DNA of 32,000 bases from Horticoccus luteus (GTDB lineage: Bacteria; Verrucomicrobiota; Verrucomicrobiia; Opitutales; Opitutaceae), in the NCBI RefSeq assembly GCF_019464535.1, contig NZ_CP080507.1:4140001-4172000 (forward strand). The letters are read 5' to 3'. The position numbers and the translations under genes were made by a program. The notes beneath the pieces were generated by a model. It worked only from the letters and a program-made list of their open reading frames with translations. It did no database searches and was not told where the DNA came from. Positions 26,274 to 32,000 of this stretch are shown here, piece by piece. How positions within the stretch are numbered: position 1 is the first letter of the stretch; each line of letters begins with the position of its first letter.

Positions 26274-27131
26274 CTAAGCCCCGCGCCGAAATTGCGTCGG
26301 CGTCAGCCCCGTCCGCTGCCGGAACTGGCGCGAGAAGAAAAAAATGTTTCGAAAACCCACCGCCTCCGCCACCGCGCCGATCGTGAAATCCGATTCCAGC
26401 AAGAGCTGGCGCGCCCGCTCGATCTTCGCGTTGATCACATAATCCTGCGGGCGCACGCCCGTAACCTTCAGAAACACGCGCGAGAAATGGTCCACGCTGT
26501 AACCGGCCGCCCGCGCCAGCTCGTCCACGCCGCCCGCTTCCGCCGGGCTTTCCCGCACCTGCGCCGCGATCCGCTCCACAATCCCGCGATGATGACGGTC
26601 CAACCCGCCCGGCGGCGAGGTCTCCGCGGCGCTGTGCTCGTGCGCCAACGTCTGCAACAGCGCGCCCAGCAAATCTTCCGCCGCGGTCGGCGCGGTCCCG
26701 GTTTCCTCGCGCAACGCGATCACGCGACGCATCACCAAATCCGTGAATTCCACCTCCGGCGTCCGCCAGACCTCAAACGGCGGGGCGAAAGCGGATAAGG
26801 GCAAACCGCTCCACGCCGCGCACAGGTCGAAGTGGATGAAGTTCACCCCCAGTCGCTGCGCCGGATCCTGTTCCGCTTCATAACGCCGGCCGGGCTGCAT
26901 CCATAAACAGGTGCCGGCGCTGAGCTCGATTTCCCCTGCCTCTAAAATCATCCGCCCGCGACCTGCCCAAACGAACCAAAGATCGTAGTCCACGAGTCCC
27001 CTGGCCCACCCCGGCGCCAGCCGCCAGCCCGGCTCGCAACGCTGCCGCCCACAGGCTCCCAAACGCGTGTGACAAGCTCGGCCGGCGATCTCCATAGCGG
27101 ATAAAGACAAATCTTTAGCGCGCGAATGCAT
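26274..27131 (-). CDS. AraC-family transcriptional regulator (cupin + HTH)
   Basis: The C-terminus VDELARAAGYSVDHFSRVFLKVTGVRPQDYVINAKIERARQLLLESDFTIGAVAEAVGFRNIFFFSRQFRQRTGLTPTQFRR is a canonical AraC double HTH. The N-terminus is a cupin-like sensing domain. The start is ATG 27131 (MHSRAKD) or 27095 (MEIAGR). The rest of the 680-aa track ORF is antisense to the PhyH gene. Confidence 0.85.
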   Translation of the reverse strand: MHSRAKDLSLSAMEIAGRACHTRLGACGRQRCEPGWRLAPGWARGLVDYDLWFVWAGRGRMILEAGEIELSAGTCLWMQPGRRYEAEQDPAQRLGVNFIHFDLCAAWSGLPLSAFAPPFEVWRTPEVEFTDLVMRRVIALREETGTAPTAAEDLLGALLQTLAHEHSAAETSPPGGLDRHHRGIVERIAAQVRESPAEAGGVDELARAAGYSVDHFSRVFLKVTGVRPQDYVINAKIERARQLLLESDFTIGAVAEAVGFRNIFFFSRQFRQRTGLTPTQFRRGA

Positions 27132-27173
27132 GGCGCCGCAAGCGCTTTTGGGGCATAGTCTCTCTCCCTCCCC

Positions 27174-28034
27174 ATGAGCACCACCGTCGACACCCATTTT
27201 GACCCCGGCTCCGAGATGCACGCCCCGGAGCTCTATCAACCCGCCCAGCTCGCCTCCGGCGTTGAAACGCTGGCCGACATCGGCCCCGCGGAAATCGCCT
27301 TCTACCGCGAGCATGGCTATCTCGTGGTCCGCCGCGCATTCACGCCCGCCGAAGTGCAGTCCGCGCTCGAAGGCCTGATCGCCCTCATCATGGGCGCGCG
27401 GCCCGACTACACGAACCTCTGGTTCGAGGCGAAAGCCAAGGACGTGTTGCCCACGCTCAACGCTGAGCAACGTCAGGATGCCATTCGCAAACTCGCCTAT
27501 TTCGTCGAATTCGATTCGCGCCTCAAGGCCCTTTCGCACCACATCCAGCTCTGGGCCACCGTGCGCCGGCTGCTCGGCGACCGCGAGCCGTTCATGTTTC
27601 AAGACATGGCGCTCATCAAGCCGCCGCGCCTCGGCCGCGAAAAGCCCTGGCATCAGGATCACGCGTATTTCGAATACGAACTCGGCACGCCGGTCGTGGG
27701 CGTCTGGATCGCGCTCGATGAGGCCACAGTCGAAAACGGCTGCATGCAGATCCTTCCCGGCCGCCACAAGGAGGGGCCCATCATCCACTTCCAACGTCGC
27801 GACTGGCAGATTTGCGACAACCAGATGACCGGCGCGCGATCCGTCGCGGTGCCGCTGCCTCCCGGCGGGCTGCTCTTCTTCGACGGGCTCCTGCCGCATG
27901 GCACGCCCCACAACTCGTCGCCCAATCGCCGTCGCGCCCTGCAGTTTCACTATGCGCCCGCCGATGCCGTGAAAGCCCCGCCCGCCGAACGCCTCAAGCA
28001 CTTCGGCAGCGAAGGCAAAAACGTCACCTGCTGA
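27174..28034 (+). CDS. phytanoyl-CoA dioxygenase (PhyH) family Fe(II)/2-oxoglutarate oxygenase
   Basis: The 286-aa product reads FYREHGYLVVRRAF...KPWHQDHAYF (HxD)...GVWIALDEATVENGCMQILPGRH...LLFFDGLLPHGTPHNSS...RRALQFHY, the PhyH motif series. It is divergent from the AraC gene. Confidence 0.85.
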   Translation: MSTTVDTHFDPGSEMHAPELYQPAQLASGVETLADIGPAEIAFYREHGYLVVRRAFTPAEVQSALEGLIALIMGARPDYTNLWFEAKAKDVLPTLNAEQRQDAIRKLAYFVEFDSRLKALSHHIQLWATVRRLLGDREPFMFQDMALIKPPRLGREKPWHQDHAYFEYELGTPVVGVWIALDEATVENGCMQILPGRHKEGPIIHFQRRDWQICDNQMTGARSVAVPLPPGGLLFFDGLLPHGTPHNSSPNRRRALQFHYAPADAVKAPPAERLKHFGSEGKNVTC

Positions 28035-28188
28035 TCGACCTGCAGCGCCGACGAGCGCGCTGACGCACGGACCCACGCGCCGACCAAACAGTCGCCCGCG
28101 CCTCTCTCCTCCCTCCGCGTCCCTGCGCGCGTGGGAGCGGGATTGACGTTTCCTACTCTGTTGCTCTTGGAGTGGGCCACTTTCCCCC

Positions 28189-29691
28189 GTGCCGCCCGCC
28201 CCTTCTGCCGCCGCGCCCGCCTCCACCGCAAAACCCGACTGGCGGCCGCGCCTCCATTTCACCGCGCCGCACGGCTGGCTTAACGATCCCAACGGCCTCG
28301 TGCGCCTGCACGGCACGTGGCATCTCCATTACCAATTTCTCACCCCGCGCCACTGGGGCCACGCCACGAGCCGTGATTTGTTTCAATGGACGGATCAGCC
28401 GGTCGCCCTCGAACCCGATGCGCTCGGCGATTGTTGGTCCGGCGGCGCCGTGCATGACGCCGACAACTCCTCCGGCCTTTTCCCGGCCGGGTTTCGCGAC
28501 GGCCTCGTCGCCATCTTTACGGCGCAAGATCCGCAGCGCGGTCAACGCATCTGTCTCGCGAGCAGCCGCGACCGCGGCGTCACTTGGCAACGCTTCCCGG
28601 GCAACCCGATCCTGCGCGGACCGACGGCCGGCTTTCGCGACCCAAAGGTCTTCTGGCACGCCCCCGCCGCGGCGTGGATCATGGTGCTGACCGAAAACGT
28701 TCACTTCACGCTTTTCTCCTCCACCAACCTCCGCGAATGGCGGGAAACCGGCCGCTTCACCCCGAATCTCCCGCCCGGCGCCAACGGCTACGATTGCCCG
28801 GATATCTTCCCGCTGCCCATCGAGGGCGAGCCGATGCGCGTGCGCTGGGTTTTTCTCGCAAGCTACCTCGCCAACGCGAACTTCGAAGGCGGCTTTGGCG
28901 CCTGCGGCCAGCGTTACTGGGTTGGCGATTTTGACGGCTGCACCTTCACGCCCGAATTTGGCGTCGATCCCTGGCTCCGCTTCGGCGACGGACCCGACGA
29001 ATACGCCACCATCGTCTGGCCGCAGGACAGCGATGCGGCGACCGGACGCACGCTGCTCATCGGTTGGATGAACCACTGGGGCTACGCGCCTCAACTCCCC
29101 ACGCAGCCCTGGCAGGGTTGCCTCACTCTTCCGCGCGAACTCCGGTTGCAGGCCCACGCCGGCGCCTGGCAGATCCGGCAATCACCGGCGCGCGAGCTCT
29201 GGCAGCAACCGCACGAGCACACGGCGCTTCCGCCCGCCATCCTCGCCGCTGGCGAGGCGCCGCTCCGTCTCGGCCGCGAGCTCTGCGGCGCGGTCGCGCT
29301 CGGCTTCTGTCCCGAGCCGGATTCGATCGCGGAACTCACCCTCTTCGCCGACGAACGCGTGGCCACTCGCGTCGGCTACGACGCGCGCCGGCGCTGTGTC
29401 TACTTCGACCGGCGCGACGCCGGTGCACCGGATTTTCATCCTTCGTTTCCGCTGCGACAGGAAGCCATCCTGCCCGCCGCCGGGCCCGATGGCCTCGTCG
29501 ATCTCTTGGTGATTTTCGACCACTCGACGGTGGAAATTTTCGCGCACGACGGCGCGGTTTATCTCGCGGGTCAGACTTTGCCGCCCACGGGCGCTGCGGA
29601 CACCTCGCTCCACGTGCTCGCCGGATCCGTTGCCTTCACCCGTCTCGAGCGCTGGGCCTTTCATCCGCCGGCGCATCGCGCCGCGTCGTAA
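28189..29691 (+). CDS. glycoside hydrolase family 32 (beta-fructofuranosidase/levanase-type)
   Basis: WRPRLHFTAPHGWLNDPNGLV (catalytic nucleophile block), WGHATSRDLFQW, WSGGAV, FRDPKVFW (RDP) and YDCPDIF (the EC-motif position) match GH32. The start is GTG at 28189. There is no in-frame ATG upstream of the conserved block. Confidence 0.85.
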   Translation: MPPAPSAAAPASTAKPDWRPRLHFTAPHGWLNDPNGLVRLHGTWHLHYQFLTPRHWGHATSRDLFQWTDQPVALEPDALGDCWSGGAVHDADNSSGLFPAGFRDGLVAIFTAQDPQRGQRICLASSRDRGVTWQRFPGNPILRGPTAGFRDPKVFWHAPAAAWIMVLTENVHFTLFSSTNLREWRETGRFTPNLPPGANGYDCPDIFPLPIEGEPMRVRWVFLASYLANANFEGGFGACGQRYWVGDFDGCTFTPEFGVDPWLRFGDGPDEYATIVWPQDSDAATGRTLLIGWMNHWGYAPQLPTQPWQGCLTLPRELRLQAHAGAWQIRQSPARELWQQPHEHTALPPAILAAGEAPLRLGRELCGAVALGFCPEPDSIAELTLFADERVATRVGYDARRRCVYFDRRDAGAPDFHPSFPLRQEAILPAAGPDGLVDLLVIFDHSTVEIFAHDGAVYLAGQTLPPTGAADTSLHVLAGSVAFTRLERWAFHPPAHRAAS

Positions 29692-29825
29692 CGCCGGCGC
29701 GTGGCGCTAGCCACCAGCGGAAGAACCCCTTTCTCCCGCCACCTGGTGTCCGCAACAGGCGGCGCCTCGACCGCCCCGCTGACAATTTCCTAGCGTGCCC
29801 CTCGGTCGACCGCTATCACGCGCCG

Positions 29826-30848
29826 ATGAAAGTGCTTGTGACCGGCGCGGCCGGCTTCGTCGGCTATCACGTGGCGCGCCGTCTCGCGGAGACCAAACGC
29901 TGCGAAGTGCTCGGCGTGGACAACCTCAGCGATTATTACGACGTCGCGCTGAAACGCGCCCGCCTCGCCGCGCTCGCGCAAGTCGCCGAACGCGTGCAAC
30001 CGCCCGGCACCGGCACGGAAGCGAAGGCGTTCGAGACGTTTCGCTTTCTCCAAGCCGATTTCGCCGACGCCGAGAAATTCGCCGGCCTCGTCGCGCATTT
30101 TCGCCCCGACTACGTCGTCCATCTCGGCGCGCAACCCGGCGTCCGCCACTCGATGGAAAATCCCGCGGCCTACACGCGCGCCAATCTGGATGGTTTCGCC
30201 AGCGTGCTCGAAGCCTGCCGCCGCACGCCGCCCAAACACCTCGTGTTTGCCTCGTCGAGCAGTGTTTACGGCGCCGGCGCCAGACCGCCCTTCCGCGAAG
30301 CCGACAACACCGATCAACCCGTCTCCTACTACGGCGCCACGAAGAAAGCCAACGAGCTCATGGCGCACGCCTACGCGCTCAACCACGGCCTCAACGTCAC
30401 CGGCCTGCGCTTCTTCACCGTTTACGGCCCATGGGGACGCCCCGACATGGCGCCGACCCTCTTCGCCCGTGCCATCTGCGAAGGCCGCCCGCTCCAGCTC
30501 TTTAACCACGGTAAAAACCTCCGCGATTTCACTTACATCGACGACATCGTCGACGGCGTCGTGAAAATCCTCCTCTACCCGCCCGCGACTCCGCCGACGC
30601 CGCCCGTGCGCCTTTTCAACCTCGGCCATCACCGGCCGGTCGAAACCGTCTTGTTTGTGCGCATGCTCGAGCAACTCCTCGGCCGCCCCGCCCAACTCGA
30701 ACTCCTCCCGCCGCAACCCGGCGATATGTTCGAGACCTGTGCCGATCTCACGCGCATCACCGAAGCCATCGCGTTTGCGCCCAAGGTTTCTCTCGAAGAC
30801 GGCCTCCGCCGTTTCACCGATTGGTTTCACGCCTACTATCAATTGTGA
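29826..30848 (+). CDS. NAD-dependent epimerase/dehydratase (UDP-glucuronate 4-epimerase-like SDR)
   Basis: From ATG 29826 the product reads MKVLVTGAAGFVGYHVARRL...VDNLSDYYD...FASSSSVYG...YGATKKANE (YxxxK)...RFFTVYGPWGRPDMA. The first ~254 residues of track ORF 29064..30848 overlap GH32 out of frame and are R/A-rich junk. Confidence 0.85.
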   Translation: MKVLVTGAAGFVGYHVARRLAETKRCEVLGVDNLSDYYDVALKRARLAALAQVAERVQPPGTGTEAKAFETFRFLQADFADAEKFAGLVAHFRPDYVVHLGAQPGVRHSMENPAAYTRANLDGFASVLEACRRTPPKHLVFASSSSVYGAGARPPFREADNTDQPVSYYGATKKANELMAHAYALNHGLNVTGLRFFTVYGPWGRPDMAPTLFARAICEGRPLQLFNHGKNLRDFTYIDDIVDGVVKILLYPPATPPTPPVRLFNLGHHRPVETVLFVRMLEQLLGRPAQLELLPPQPGDMFETCADLTRITEAIAFAPKVSLEDGLRRFTDWFHAYYQL

Positions 30849-30931
30849 TCTTTGCGAAAAGCCCCCGCCGCCTGGGCCCGCCAATGTCTCAGGCCTGATG
30901 ATATAACGTTACCCGTTCGCCCGCGCCTTTT

Positions 30932-31297
30932 ATGAAAACCGTCCTCCTCCTCGTGTGCTCCAACGTCTTCATGACGATCGCGTGGTATGGCCAGTTGAAG
31001 TTCAAATTCTTCGAGGGAAAACCGCTGATCACCATCATCGTCATCTCGTGGGCGGTCGCGTTCTTCGAATATTGCTTCATGATCCCCGCCAATCGTTCGG
31101 GCTACGCGAACGGCCTCACGGGCTATCAACTCAAAGTCATTCAGGAATGCGTCACGCTCTCCGTGTTCGCCGTCTTTGCGTGGGTGGTGCTGAAGGAGAA
31201 GGTCACGTGGAATTACGCCGTGAGCTTCCTCTTCCTCATCCTCGCGGTCTATTTCGCCACGGCGTTCAAGCCCGCCGCAACCCCCGTCAGCCACTAA
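30932..31297 (+). CDS. DMT-superfamily small membrane protein (DUF486-like)
   Basis: The 121-aa hydrophobic protein starts MKTVLLLVCSNVFMTIAWYGQLKFKF, which fits the DUF486 N-terminal signature as I recall it. About four TM segments are predicted by eye. Confidence 0.7.
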   Translation: MKTVLLLVCSNVFMTIAWYGQLKFKFFEGKPLITIIVISWAVAFFEYCFMIPANRSGYANGLTGYQLKVIQECVTLSVFAVFAWVVLKEKVTWNYAVSFLFLILAVYFATAFKPAATPVSH

Positions 31298-31363
31298 CCT
31301 CGCCGCCTCCGCGCTTGCGTCGCCCGGCAAACATTTCACCGTCGTTTTTTAACCCAACCGCCC

Positions 31364-32000
31364 ATGTCCAAAGCCGCACCCGCCAAGACCGCTCCCAGCA
31401 ATCTCCCCGCCACTCACGTCCGCGAAAAGAACGTCGATCTCGCGCTCTCGTCCATCACCAAGCAGTTCGGCGAAGGCTCGATCATGCGCCTCGGCTCGAA
31501 TGCCCACATGAAGGTTGAGACGCTCACCACCGGCTCCCTCGCCGTTGATCTCGCGCTCGGCGTCGGCGGTCTGCCCAAGGGTCGCATCGTCGAAATCTAC
31601 GGCCCGGAATCCTCCGGCAAAACCACCTTCTGTTTGAGCGTCATCGCCGAAGCCCAGAAAGCCGGCGGTCTCGCGGCCTTCATCGACGTCGAGCACGCGC
31701 TCGATCCCAAATACGCCCGCGTCGTCGGCGTGAACCTCGACGACCTTCTCGTTTCCCAACCCGATTCCGGCGAAGACGCACTCAACATCATGGAGACGCT
31801 CATCCGCTCCAACTCCATCGATGTCATCGTCCTCGATTCCGTCGCCGCCCTCACCACGCGCGCCGAACTCGACGGCCAGATGGGCGACATGACGATGGGC
31901 TCCCAGGCGCGCCTGATGTCGCAGGCGATGCGCCGCCTCACCGCCGTCGTCAGCAAGACCCAGTGCATCTGCATTTTCACGAACCAGATTCGTGAAAAAA
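31364..32000 (+). CDS. recA: recombinase RecA, N-terminal ~212 codons; continues beyond the right edge
   Basis: Absent from the ORF track because no stop lies in the window. My translation from ATG 31364 reads MSKAAPAKT...[18 protein letters not shown]...[24 protein letters not shown]...[15 protein letters not shown]...[13 protein letters not shown]...[10 protein letters not shown]...[15 protein letters not shown]...IFTNQIREK. This is an unambiguous RecA. Confidence 0.95.
   Translation, partial: MSKAAPAKTAPSNLPATHVREKNVDLALSSITKQFGEGSIMRLGSNAHMKVETLTTGSLAVDLALGVGGLPKGRIVEIYGPESSGKTTFCLSVIAEAQKAGGLAAFIDVEHALDPKYARVVGVNLDDLLVSQPDSGEDALNIMETLIRSNSIDVIVLDSVAALTTRAELDGQMGDMTMGSQARLMSQAMRRLTAVVSKTQCICIFTNQIREK

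Noticed and set aside
27132-28316. N-terminal ~395 residues of the 680-aa minus-strand ORF 26274..28316
   Set aside because: This part is antisense to the PhyH gene, G/R/A-rich and motif-free. The AraC protein starts at the internal ATG 27131 (or 27095).
29064-29825. N-terminal ~254 residues of the 594-aa plus-strand ORF 29064..30848
   Set aside because: This part overlaps the GH32 gene out of frame and is R/A/P-rich. The epimerase Rossmann motif starts right after the internal ATG 29826.
1-32000. CRISPR arrays, tRNA/rRNA genes, transposases or integrases, IS-type terminal inverted repeats
   Set aside because: I scanned intergenic regions and ORF translations. There are no regularly spaced repeat arrays, no tRNA-like acceptor/T-arm sequences, and no DDE, tyrosine- or serine-recombinase-like ORFs. 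A proper tRNAscan/Infernal/ISfinder run is still needed.

Overview
GC-rich bacterial chromosomal window. Hand counts of housekeeping 60-nt lines give about 62-73 % G+C. The gene content (DUF5069, DGxxDPxF repeat protein, GH78/GH32) suggests Verrucomicrobiota/Opitutaceae, but that is only an inference. Most long plus-strand ORFs in the supplied track are R/P/A-rich antisense shadows of real minus-strand genes. Two real genes run off the window edges and are absent from the track: a GH78 alpha-L-rhamnosidase (1..1379, -) and recA (31364..32000, +). Core genes: rnk-like regulator, aldo/keto reductase, DUF5069, a ~1119-aa secreted repeat protein, gltB-gltD, a glutaredoxin-like protein, AraC regulator, PhyH-family dioxygenase, GH32 fructosidase, NAD-dependent sugar epimerase, DUF486/DMT membrane protein. 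The main item is an ~11-kb accessory island (about 7949..19269) between the secreted protein gene and gltD. It holds a tightly packed six-gene minus-strand operon: XRE/HTH controller protein, C5 cytosine methyltransferase with a ~160-aa C-terminal extension, GHKL (MORC/MutL-like) ATPase, Z1-domain P-loop protein, PD-(D/E)XK (DUF4420-like) protein and AIPR protein. It also holds a detached vsr mismatch endonuclease and an inserted wHTH-nucleotidyltransferase/HEPN pair. This is the paraMORC / Mza-type gene neighbourhood, which has a computational prediction and, as far as I recall, one phage-defence screen behind it, and no known mechanism. Here it appears in a methylation-guarded, C-protein-controlled form. 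Other points: tandem 21-nt palindrome-bearing repeats rich in CCWGG between vsr and the NTase gene, an 11-nt direct repeat bracketing the island, a local GC dip in the Z1 gene, and a clear intrinsic terminator only 41 nt upstream of the gltB start. I found no rRNA, tRNA, CRISPR array, transposase or integrase.
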